Assembly: GCA_023132155.1 (NCBI GenBank)
Contig: JAGLYP010000002.1
Span: 6,598-70,597 of the forward strand
From: Candidatus Parcubacteria bacterium
GTDB lineage: Bacteria > Patescibacteriota > Patescibacteriia > Patescibacteriales > UBA12075
Direction of reading: 5' to 3'
Length of the DNA stretch: 64,000 nt
Shown here one piece after another: positions 46,791-55,037 of this stretch (the first letter of the stretch is position 1; each line of letters opens with the position of its first letter). The notes beneath the pieces are model-generated. The model worked only from the letters and a program-made list of their open reading frames with translations, searched no databases and was not told the DNA's origin. The translations under genes were made by a program, and so were the position numbers.

Positions 46791-46826
46791 TAGTTGTTTT
46801 TTCTGCCAATTTAGGCATTTAACCGA

Positions 46827-48275
46827 TTATTTTGGCGGTGGCGGCACAAAACAGCTAACATTATCACTCTCGTTACCGCTAGTGTCAATTGCGTAAATTA
46901 TAGCATCGCTATTCAGCATTATGTGGGCGGAAATGGCTCCGGCTTGTCCTTTGGCGCTTCCCATGGGCTTTAACTTTGGCGTTGCTCCCGGACTTTCCGT
47001 GATTTTAACCTTATCGCCAGGCGCGAAAGGCCCGAACGGACCGGCTCCATATTTATCAGTTACAAAAATTTCAAGTGTTTCGTTAACATTGTCAACGGCC
47101 AACAGTTCATAGAATCCATCTTCATTTTTTCCTCCTTTGGATCCCGGCAGAGTAGTGCTTCCGGCTGGCGGGATTTTTTTGCCGTGCGGATTAACCGTTT
47201 CAACACAGCTTGCCTCCGGCGGAGTGGTGTCTGGCACGTAGATTGAAATTTTTTGGCGCCCAATCGGTTTTCCTTCTTCAGGGTAGCTATTGGCGATAAA
47301 TGTGACGATGCATTCCAGAGTTTTACCTTGAAGTTCCGGATCATCGTCTACGGCAATTGTTTCAGTAAAGTCAACAGTAGCGCCTCCGAGAACGTCTTTG
47401 TGGACAATTGGATCAAGCGTCACTGAAAGGCCTTCGTCGCAGTCGCCTTCCTTAATATTCCACCACACGTCAGTGGTTACTTCTTTAAGTCCGTTTAAGA
47501 TTGCCTCGGCGATATTGGCGCCGTCCGGACTTAAGGGCTGTACAGAGCCTCTGGTAGCGGCAGCCAGTACATCAAGCTCCGAATCAGTACCTGTTGCCTT
47601 AAGGCCGATTACAACGATGTTCTGAGCTTGAAGTGCGGCGATTGTTGAGGTTGCGTTATTGACATGCGGCTTGCCAACGCCGGGCAAGTGAAATGTCGCG
47701 TCAGTAGCTACTACAAGGACGCGCTGAACACCTGGTGTGATAGCTGGATCGCGCCATCCGCAGTCAGGCGTACCATCTCCAGGTCCTGTCGCGGCAACAA
47801 TAGCGTCGTACTGGGCTTCCGGCCAATCTCCGCCGCCGGCCGCGGTTAACGCGTTAACGCCGTTCATCCATGCATCTTTATCAGGACTCATGGTGCTTAA
47901 CAAACGATAAACATGATCGCCTGGAGAGCCGTAAGGCGGTTCATAATCACGAAAACCGGCAACAGCGAATTGAGCATCCGGACTTTCCGCTGTAATAGCA
48001 TCATAAATATCACTGGATGTAGTACCCTGCAGATTGTCAATATCATCCCAAAATGAGCCGGTTTCATCTTCAAGCAGACAAATATCCACAACAGTAGGAA
48101 CTTCAGGCGTGGTTATTTGTTTTTTTACTACCATGGATCCGCCCGGAGGCAACTCGCCCTCCACTGAAGGCGGTTCAATTTGTCCGTTAGCTCGCGATAC
48201 GCTAACAGCATTAGAGAAAACCATGCCCATACCGATAATAATGGTAAAGACAAGAAAAATTTTAGGTTTTTTCAT
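46827..48275 (-). CDS. secreted VWA/integrin-beta-like domain protein
   Basis: GGAGGG RBS and a signal peptide. MIDAS-like LEDETGSF (DxTGS) after a beta strand. Pro-rich C-terminus ending PPPPK. Strongly G+C-enriched relative to the window. Confidence 0.5.
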   Translation of the reverse strand: MKKPKIFLVFTIIIGMGMVFSNAVSVSRANGQIEPPSVEGELPPGGSMVVKKQITTPEVPTVVDICLLEDETGSFWDDIDNLQGTTSSDIYDAITAESPDAQFAVAGFRDYEPPYGSPGDHVYRLLSTMSPDKDAWMNGVNALTAAGGGDWPEAQYDAIVAATGPGDGTPDCGWRDPAITPGVQRVLVVATDATFHLPGVGKPHVNNATSTIAALQAQNIVVIGLKATGTDSELDVLAAATRGSVQPLSPDGANIAEAILNGLKEVTTDVWWNIKEGDCDEGLSVTLDPIVHKDVLGGATVDFTETIAVDDDPELQGKTLECIVTFIANSYPEEGKPIGRQKISIYVPDTTPPEASCVETVNPHGKKIPPAGSTTLPGSKGGKNEDGFYELLAVDNVNETLEIFVTDKYGAGPFGPFAPGDKVKITESPGATPKLKPMGSAKGQAGAISAHIMLNSDAIIYAIDTSGNESDNVSCFVPPPPK

Positions 48276-48720
48276 ATTGTTGGTTTTTCAAAATCCCTCC
48301 CTTTATTTTTTTTGCGCGTGTTGTTAAATAGAGAACATTTGGAATAAGGCAAGGAAATTGGAAATTATTAATTATTAATTATTTAAGCTTCGACCTTTAG
48401 TCTTTTAAGCGTAATAATTAATACCGTTAAAGTTCTTGCCGGAGTTACATGCAATAAATTTAAAACTTAGCATAAAGATATTAAGGATGTATTAATTTAC
48501 AAAATAATTGCCTTATTTTAATATTTGTGATATTTTTAGAATAAAGAAAAATTATTTTAGGAAAAGACCATTCCGTTTGTATTAAAATTAGAAAATGATT
48601 TTAATCAGCCATATGACGGAATTTACGGATGAAATTAAAGTTGATGATTATTTGGATTTGGGCAAGTTGTAGGAGTTTTTTTAATAAATTATTAATATTA
48701 TTTTGATTTAATATTAATAT

Positions 48721-49755
48721 ATGGAAGAATGCCTTAATTACAAAAAAATAGACTCTCAAACTCTTCAATGCCAAACATGCAATCATTTTTGCGAAATCAA
48801 AGAAGGAAGAGTGGGAATATGCGGGATACGCCAAAATATAGGCGGGAAACTTTATTTATTGGCATATGGAAAAGCAACGGCAGCGCATGTTGATCCAATT
48901 GAAAAAAAACCGTTTTTTCATTTTTTGCCGGGATCGTTCGCGTATTCATTCGCGGCAATCGGCTGTAATTTCCGCTGTAAAAATTGCCAAAATTACGATA
49001 TTTCTCAAATGTTCGGACTTAAAGGCCGTGTTGGAGAATACGGTAAATTAAATTGGGGTTATTTTCTCTCTCCCAAGAAAATAGTTGAAGAAGCATTAAA
49101 AAATCAGTGCCAAAGCATCGCCTATACCTACACGGAGCCGACTGTCTTTATGGAATATGCTCTTGACACAATGAAGCTGGCAAAAGAAAAAGGATTGAAA
49201 AATGTCTGGGTTTCTAATGGATTTATGTCAGATAAAACGCTGGATGAAATAATCCCTTATCTTGACGCGATTAATATTGATATTAAATCCTTTAACGATG
49301 ATTTTTATAAATCCAACTGCGGGGCCGGAGTTCAGCCAATTTTGAATAATTGCAAAAGATTAGCAAGGGAAAAAATATGGCTGGAAACAACAACCCTTGT
49401 CATACCAACTCTTTCTGATAATGAGGAAATGCTGCGCCAAATTGCCGGATTTATAAAAAATGAATTAGGTGATTTTGTGCCGTGGCATATAAGCGCTTTT
49501 TCAGGAGAAATTTCATGGAAGCTTCAGAATATTCCTGATACGCCGATTAAGACAATTAAAAATGCCTGCCAAATAGGCGAAGAAGAAGGGCTTAAATATG
49601 TTTATGGGGGAAATGTTCCGGGAAGCGGCATGGAAAATACTTATTGCCCCAAGTGCGGTAATATAATTATTAAGAGAGATAATTATTATATAAGCAGACA
49701 GGATAAAAAAGGAAATTGTCCTAAGTGCGGTGAGAACATTATAAAATTTTATTAA
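48721..49755 (+). CDS. AmmeMemoRadiSam-system radical SAM enzyme (PflA-like activase fold)
   Basis: N-terminal Cys cluster CQTCNHFC..GICG. Radical SAM motif GCNFRCKNCQN. C-terminal CPKCG...CPKCG. Confidence 0.8.
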   Translation: MEECLNYKKIDSQTLQCQTCNHFCEIKEGRVGICGIRQNIGGKLYLLAYGKATAAHVDPIEKKPFFHFLPGSFAYSFAAIGCNFRCKNCQNYDISQMFGLKGRVGEYGKLNWGYFLSPKKIVEEALKNQCQSIAYTYTEPTVFMEYALDTMKLAKEKGLKNVWVSNGFMSDKTLDEIIPYLDAINIDIKSFNDDFYKSNCGAGVQPILNNCKRLAREKIWLETTTLVIPTLSDNEEMLRQIAGFIKNELGDFVPWHISAFSGEISWKLQNIPDTPIKTIKNACQIGEEEGLKYVYGGNVPGSGMENTYCPKCGNIIIKRDNYYISRQDKKGNCPKCGENIIKFY

Positions 49756-49783
49756 AAAGTTATAAAAATATTAAAAAAATTAT

Positions 49784-50560
49784 ATGATATGTTTTGCCGC
49801 GATTGCTCCGCATCCTCCCGTTATTGTTCCCGGAATCGGGAAAAAACATGATTTGGAATTAGTTTCCCAAACAATTGAAGCCATGGAAAAGCTTAGGGAG
49901 AATTTGGAAAAAGCAAATCCGGATGTTATTTTGATTATTTCTCCTCACGCGCCGTTTGAGCCATGGTCTTTTGGAATAAACTCGGCAAAAATCCTTGAAG
50001 GAAGCTTGCTGGATTTTGGCTTGGAAAAAACTTTTAAATTTGAAAATGACTTGGCGCTGGCGGAAAAAATCCTCAATGCCAGCCTGAAAGCGGGAATTGA
50101 TGCTCATTTTTATGCCGGTTTTCTTGACCACGGCGCCTTAGTTCCTCTTTATTATTTGGCTAAAAATATTAAGGCCGAGCTTATCCATCTTTCTTTTTCT
50201 TTTATGGATTTTCAAGTTCATTATGATTACGGAAAAATTATTGGAAATATCTGCGCGCCCGACCCGCAAAGAATAGCCATAATTGCCAGCGGTGATTTAT
50301 CGCATCGGCTTGTCCCCGGCGCTCCGGCAGGATATTCTCCTCAAGGAAAAATTTTTGATAAGAAAATTATTGAACTTTTGGGACAGATAAAGGTTGAAGA
50401 AATTTTAAATCTTGACCGGGAATTTGTTGGAGAAGCGGGAGAATGCGGCTTACGCTCTTTTATTATTCTTTTGGGAATATTAAAAAGCAAATACAATTTC
50501 AGGCTTCTAAGCTATGAAGGGCCTTTCGGGGTTGGTTATTTAACCGCCCGGTTAATATAA
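49784..50560 (+). CDS. LigB/Memo-superfamily (class III extradiol dioxygenase-like) protein paired with the radical SAM enzyme
   Basis: AAIAPHPPVIVP, LIISPHAP and SGDLSHRL metal-ligand-like motifs. Adjacent to the AmmeMemoRadiSam enzyme. Confidence 0.5.
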   Translation: MICFAAIAPHPPVIVPGIGKKHDLELVSQTIEAMEKLRENLEKANPDVILIISPHAPFEPWSFGINSAKILEGSLLDFGLEKTFKFENDLALAEKILNASLKAGIDAHFYAGFLDHGALVPLYYLAKNIKAELIHLSFSFMDFQVHYDYGKIIGNICAPDPQRIAIIASGDLSHRLVPGAPAGYSPQGKIFDKKIIELLGQIKVEEILNLDREFVGEAGECGLRSFIILLGILKSKYNFRLLSYEGPFGVGYLTARLI

Positions 50561-50654
50561 TTATATTTATTAAAAAATAGATATCAATAAATTCACTTTA
50601 ATTTTTATTAATAATATGCTAAAGTAAGAATATTAAATATGTATTTTTTAAGCA

Positions 50655-51068
50655 ATGAATAGCCTGAAATTATTTAATATTTTTTATATTTTTCAAAAAA
50701 ATTCAGCAAACGCGTTTTCTTGCGTTTTTGCTTTTTTTTATGTTAAAATTTATTTGGCTTTTTTGATTTTTATTAATATTTTAATTTGGCTATTTGCCGG
50801 GTACATTAAAACGGCAACAGGCGTGGAGCAGATTGCCTTGCATTACACGGTTGATTTTGGCATAGATTTTTATGGGGACGCCAGACAAATATTTATAATT
50901 CCGCTTTTAGGATTGATAATTATTTTATTTAATTTTATAATAGTTTTAATTTTAAGCCAAAATAAGGACTTTATTTTGCTTTCGCACATATTACTGCTCG
51001 CGGCTATGCTGTCCAATATTGTTTTGCTAGCCGCGATTTTATCGGTGTATTTAATAAATTTTAGATAA
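50655..51068 (+). CDS. small integral membrane protein
   Basis: 137 aa with three or four hydrophobic helices, immediately upstream of mraY. Confidence 0.4.
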   Translation: MNSLKLFNIFYIFQKNSANAFSCVFAFFYVKIYLAFLIFINILIWLFAGYIKTATGVEQIALHYTVDFGIDFYGDARQIFIIPLLGLIIILFNFIIVLILSQNKDFILLSHILLLAAMLSNIVLLAAILSVYLINFR

Positions 51069-51075
51069 AATATTT

Positions 51076-52125
51076 ATGGAAGATTTTTATATTATAAAAA
51101 TTTTATTTTTTACGGCCTTGGCTTTTGTTTTTACGATTGCGTGGACTCCGCTTTTAACTTATTTTTTGTATAAATATAAAATCGGCAAACAAATCAGGGA
51201 TGACGGTTCAACTCCGTTTTTTACAAAATTACACGCCCACAAGGCAGGCACGCCGACAATGGGGGGATTGTTAATATGGGGAACGGTTTTAATATTTAGT
51301 TTAGCCTTTTTTTATTTAGCAAAGTTTTTGCCATGGGAAATATTCAAGCAATTGAATTTTTTATCGCGCGCGCAAACTTTATTGCCGCTTGGCTGTTTAG
51401 TGGCTTCCGCTCTTGTAGGACTGGCTGACGATTATCTTGATGTTAAAAAAATGGGGTATAAAAAAAGAGGTATAAAATTTATGAATAAATTATTAATATA
51501 TACCTTTATTGCCCTTGTTGGAGCGTGGTGGTTTTATTTTAAGTTGGATTGGAGCCTTATTCATATTCCTTTTGTCGGTTTTGTGCAACTGAATTTATGG
51601 TATATCCCATTTTTTATCGCAGTTGTGGTTGGAACGGCTTTTTCCGTAAATCAAACCGATGGTTTGGACGGTTTGGCGGGCGGCACGCTTTTGAGCGCTT
51701 TTGCTTCATACGCGGTAATCGCTTTTGCGACAGGCAAATACGACTTAGCTGTTTTTTGCGGCGTGATTACCGGTGCTTTATTGGCTTTTCTTTGGTTTAA
51801 TATTAATCCCGCGCGTTTTATTATGGGTGATACCGGTTCAATATCTTTGGGAGTAACATTGGCTTTAGTGGCTTTATACACTAATACGGTTTTTATATTG
51901 CCGTTTTTAGGGTTAATTTTTGTGATAGAAGCTTTGTCTACTATTGTTCAGATTTTATCCAAGAAATTTCGCGACGGTAAAAAAGTTTTTTTGTCAGCGC
52001 CAATTCATCATCACCTTGAGGCCAAGGGCTGGCCGGAACCGAAAATCGTAATGCGCTTTTGGCTTTTATCAGGAGTTTTTTCCGTTGTCGGTTTGATTAT
52101 ATTTTTATTGGATAAGACTTTATAA
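51076..52125 (+). CDS. mraY: phospho-N-acetylmuramoyl-pentapeptide transferase
   Basis: KAGTPTMGG, NQTDGLDGLA, GDTGS and APIHHH motifs. Confidence 0.95.
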   Translation: MEDFYIIKILFFTALAFVFTIAWTPLLTYFLYKYKIGKQIRDDGSTPFFTKLHAHKAGTPTMGGLLIWGTVLIFSLAFFYLAKFLPWEIFKQLNFLSRAQTLLPLGCLVASALVGLADDYLDVKKMGYKKRGIKFMNKLLIYTFIALVGAWWFYFKLDWSLIHIPFVGFVQLNLWYIPFFIAVVVGTAFSVNQTDGLDGLAGGTLLSAFASYAVIAFATGKYDLAVFCGVITGALLAFLWFNINPARFIMGDTGSISLGVTLALVALYTNTVFILPFLGLIFVIEALSTIVQILSKKFRDGKKVFLSAPIHHHLEAKGWPEPKIVMRFWLLSGVFSVVGLIIFLLDKTL

Positions 52126-52133
52126 TTATTAAA

Positions 52134-52187
52134 GAGACTAAGTCGCTACCCCGCCTCTCGCGAGAGGCGGGGTAGCGACTTAGTCTC
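52134..52187. repeat. perfect 54-bp palindrome, family P3, in the mraY-ftsW spacer
   Basis: GAGACTAAGTCGCTACCCCGCCTCTCG | CGAGAGGCGGGGTAGCGACTTAGTCTC. Confidence 0.95.
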
Positions 52188-52200
52188 GGTTACACATGAG

Positions 52201-53349
52201 GTGGTTTTAAAGAAAAAAGTAAAAAAAATTTTAGGTCAAAGAGTCGGTTATCATGAACCGGATAACGCGTTAATAATTGTTGTTGGAATTATCTTGCTTT
52301 TTGGCCTTATAAGCCTGTCTAGCGCTTCCGCTATAATGGCTTATTCTAATTTCGCGGATGTTTATTATTATTTTAAGCATCAATTAGTCGGCTTGGGTTT
52401 TGGGATTGTTGCTTTTATTTTTTTCTCGCGCGTTGATTATCACATTTGGCGCAAATACGCGTTTTGGTTTTTAGTCGGCTCGGTCGTTCTGCTGTTATTG
52501 GTATTTATTCCCGGTCTTAGCAGACACTATGGAAAGGCCAGGAGCTGGATTAATGTTTTTGGCTTTTCATTGCAGCCGGCGGAATTTGTAAAATTGTCAT
52601 TTCTTTTGTATTTGGCGGCTTGGCTGGAAACAAGAAAAAAGAATTTAGGCGATATTTCGCAAGGCATCGGCTCTTTTGTGGCTGTGCTTGGGCTGATTGC
52701 TTTTTTAATGATTTTACAGCCGGATATCGGAACTCTTTCAATTATAGCGATAACATCTTTAATTGTATATTTTGTCGGCGGCGGGAAAGTTAAGCATATT
52801 ATTATAATAGGAGTTTTCGGCTTGCTGGCTTTTGCTTTAATGGTTCAAATTAAGGACTATCAGCATGATCGTTTTAAATGTTTGCTTGATCCGAGTTATG
52901 ATAAAAAAGGCGTTTGTTATCAAGTCAATCAATCTTTGATTGCGGTTGGTTCCGGCGGAATAACAGGACGCGGTTTAGGCGCGAGCCGCCAAAAATATAT
53001 GTACCTGCCGGAGGTTAGCGGCGATTCCATATTCGCGATTATCGCCGAAGAAACCGGCATGATTTTCAGTATTTTGTTAATAGCCGCTTTTTCTTTTTTA
53101 TTTTACCGCGGTTTTTTAATTGCGAAAAAAGCACCGGATGATTTTGGCAGAATTTTAGCTATTGGCATTGTGAGTTGGATTGTAATTCAAGCAATAATAA
53201 ATATTGGCGGGATTATTAATGTTTTGCCAATGACCGGCGTGCCTTTGCCGTTGATTTCGTATGGCGGATCCGCTATATTGGCGACATTGGCCGCGATTGG
53301 GATATTGGTGAATATTAGCAAGCAGACTCGGCGTTCAATTAAAAATTAA
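52201..53349 (+). CDS. ftsW: SEDS family lipid II flippase/PG polymerase (FtsW/RodA)
   Basis: GTG start. LQPAEF.K, PDIGT, and the PLPLISYGGS motif. dcw synteny. Confidence 0.85.
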   Translation: MVLKKKVKKILGQRVGYHEPDNALIIVVGIILLFGLISLSSASAIMAYSNFADVYYYFKHQLVGLGFGIVAFIFFSRVDYHIWRKYAFWFLVGSVVLLLLVFIPGLSRHYGKARSWINVFGFSLQPAEFVKLSFLLYLAAWLETRKKNLGDISQGIGSFVAVLGLIAFLMILQPDIGTLSIIAITSLIVYFVGGGKVKHIIIIGVFGLLAFALMVQIKDYQHDRFKCLLDPSYDKKGVCYQVNQSLIAVGSGGITGRGLGASRQKYMYLPEVSGDSIFAIIAEETGMIFSILLIAAFSFLFYRGFLIAKKAPDDFGRILAIGIVSWIVIQAIINIGGIINVLPMTGVPLPLISYGGSAILATLAAIGILVNISKQTRRSIKN

Positions 53350-53386
53350 AAATTACACCCGTCAAGCGAGTACAAGCGAATTAAGA

Positions 53387-54493
53387 ATGATTAATAAAAA
53401 GGTCAAAATAATATTAAGTGGGGGCGGTACCGGCGGGTCGGTTACGCCGCTTTTGGCAATGGTTGATTTGTTGAAGCGCGGAAAGTTTGAAAGGCATACT
53501 GAAATTGAATTTCTTTGGATTGGGACTAAAGACGGGCAGGAAAGGCAGTTGGTTAACTCGTCTGGAATTCGGTTTATGTCTATACCGGCGGGTAAATTAA
53601 GGCGTTATTTGTCATTGCAAAATTTTTTGGATTTTTTTCAAATTTATCTTGGTTTTTGGCAGTCTTGTTATATTATTTTAAAAGAAAAACCAAATTTAAT
53701 TATTAGCGCGGGTTCATTTGTGAGCGTGCCGCTTGCGTGGGCGGCATGGTTTTTACGCGTTCCGGTTTTGATCCATCAGCTTGACGCGCGTCCGGGGCTG
53801 GCTAATAAATTAATGGCTCCGTTCGCAAAAACAATTTCAGTAATTTTTAAAAAGTCTTTGGCGGATTTTGGGAAAAAGGCGGTTTTAACAGGCAATTTGA
53901 TTCGCAAGGAATTTATTGAAAATAAAATCAGTAAGCGCGAGGCAGCGCAAAAAATCGGCATGCGGACAGATAAACCGATTTTGCTCGTTATCGGCGGTGG
54001 AACAGGAGCGGGAGCGATTAATGATTTTATTTTGGAAAATATAAGCAGTTTGACAAAATTTTGCCAGATTTTGCATATAACAGGCAAAGGCAAGTCAAAC
54101 AAAAAAATGGAAGAAATAATGGAAAAAAATTCCGGTTATAAATTTTTTGAATTTTTAGATGCTTTCGGTTTAATCAAGGCGTTTGCCGCAGCGGATATTA
54201 TTATTTCACGCGCCGGAATGGGCACCTTAACCGAATTATCCTACATTGCCAAACCGGCAATTATAATTCCCATGCCGAATTCGCATCAGGAAGAAAACGC
54301 TGAAATTTTTTCCAAGGAAGAGGCGGCCGTAGTTTTAAATCAAAAAGAATTGGATGGCGAGGTATTGCTAAATAATATAAAAAAGATTTTAAAAGATGAG
54401 GAGTTAAGAAATAAATTAAAAAATAATATTAAAAAAATTATTAATACGGAGTGTGGGGATGAGATTTTTAATATTGTTAAAGGATTGATTTGA
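53387..54493 (+). CDS. murG: UDP-N-acetylglucosamine--N-acetylmuramyl-(pentapeptide) pyrophosphoryl-undecaprenol GlcNAc transferase
   Basis: GGGTGGSVTP at the N-terminus, VIGGGTGA, and SRAGMGTLTEL. Confidence 0.9.
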   Translation: MINKKVKIILSGGGTGGSVTPLLAMVDLLKRGKFERHTEIEFLWIGTKDGQERQLVNSSGIRFMSIPAGKLRRYLSLQNFLDFFQIYLGFWQSCYIILKEKPNLIISAGSFVSVPLAWAAWFLRVPVLIHQLDARPGLANKLMAPFAKTISVIFKKSLADFGKKAVLTGNLIRKEFIENKISKREAAQKIGMRTDKPILLVIGGGTGAGAINDFILENISSLTKFCQILHITGKGKSNKKMEEIMEKNSGYKFFEFLDAFGLIKAFAAADIIISRAGMGTLTELSYIAKPAIIIPMPNSHQEENAEIFSKEEAAVVLNQKELDGEVLLNNIKKILKDEELRNKLKNNIKKIINTECGDEIFNIVKGLI

Positions 54494-54519
54494 GAAATTG
54501 CAGTTTGATTTTCTCTCTT

Positions 54520-55000
54520 GTCATCCTGGGGCTTGACTGGAGCAACAGCGCGCCCAACGGAAGTGCCCTTGGGGTAGAAGTCAAGAACCCGGGATCCAGG
54601 AGAAAAAGCTCAAACTATAAATTAATTTTCAAAGACGAAAAAAGAATACATTTATTACACATACATTTTAGCAAGCAAAAGAAACGGGACATTATATATA
54701 GGAGTAACAAACAGTTTATATTCAAGAATATTACAACATAAGCTAAAACAAAATAAAAACAGTTTTACGGCAAAATATAATACAGATAAACTTGTTTATT
54801 ATGAAGAATATCAAAATATTCAAGACGCGATAGCCCGTGAAAAAAAATTAAAAAGATATAAAAGACAGTGGAAAATAGAATTGATTGAAAAGGATAATCC
54901 CGTTTGGAGAGATTTTTTTAAAGACATGGAATGAGCTTTTACCCCTGGATCCCGGATATTTTTATTTCCGCTGCCGCTCCAATAAAAATTCCAGGATGAC
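54520..55000. mobile_element. hairpin-armed element carrying a GIY-YIG nuclease ORF (copy B, putative autonomous copy)
   Basis: Left arm 54520-54600 (GTCATCCTGGGGCTTGACT...AGTCAAGAACCCGGGATCCAGG). Right arm 54944-55000 (CCTGGATCCCGGATATTTTTATT...AATAAAAATTCCAGGATGAC). The termini are inverted repeats, shared with copies at 10491-10699 and 62851-63000. Confidence 0.75.
54626..54934 (+). CDS. GIY-YIG nuclease (UPF0213/YhbQ-like), open frame without a canonical start codon
   Basis: Translation is ..KKEYIYYTYILASKRNGTLYIGVTNSLYSRILQHK...KYNTDKLVYYEEYQNIQDAIAREKKLKRYKRQWKIELIE... (GIY...YIG, catalytic R, E). No ATG/GTG/TTG between the upstream in-frame TAA (54623-54625) and the domain, so it is missing from the ORF track. 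Confidence 0.7.
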   Translation, partial: FSKTKKEYIYYTYILASKRNGTLYIGVTNSLYSRILQHKLKQNKNSFTAKYNTDKLVYYEEYQNIQDAIAREKKLKRYKRQWKIELIEKDNPVWRDFFKDME

Positions 55001-55037
55001 AAAAAACGGGAACATTCGTTAAAATGACAAAAAATTT

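Noticed and set aside
48595-48672. 25-codon acidic ORF (MILISHMTEFTDEIKVDDYLDLGKL) 48 nt upstream of the radical SAM gene, considered as a possible RiPP precursor.
   Set aside because: The radical SAM enzyme has the hallmarks of the AmmeMemoRadiSam family, which is not known to act on a leader peptide. The ORF has no RBS and is too short to evaluate, so there is nothing beyond proximity.
44800-48700. Direct repeat of the tRNA-Gln 3' end marking the distal attachment site of the island.
   Set aside because: I searched by eye for TTCGAATCC/GTCCCCGA-like strings in this interval and found none, so I do not claim defined island boundaries.
54586-54600. GGATC(C) inside every element arm (CCGGGATCCAGG) as a possible target of the island's AlwI-family enzyme, since AlwI itself cuts at GGATC.
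   Set aside because: The specificity of this endonuclease is unknown; other family members recognise GAGTC. A 5-6-bp coincidence is not evidence and cannot be tested from sequence alone.
54490-54741. 83-aa ORF from the track (MRNCSLIFSLVILGLDWSNSAPNG...).
   Set aside because: It starts at a TTG overlapping the murG stop and reads through the left hairpin arm of the GIY-YIG element. It then runs out of frame across the nuclease domain. It is not an independent gene, although its first seven codons are informative as a relic of the mtaD start.
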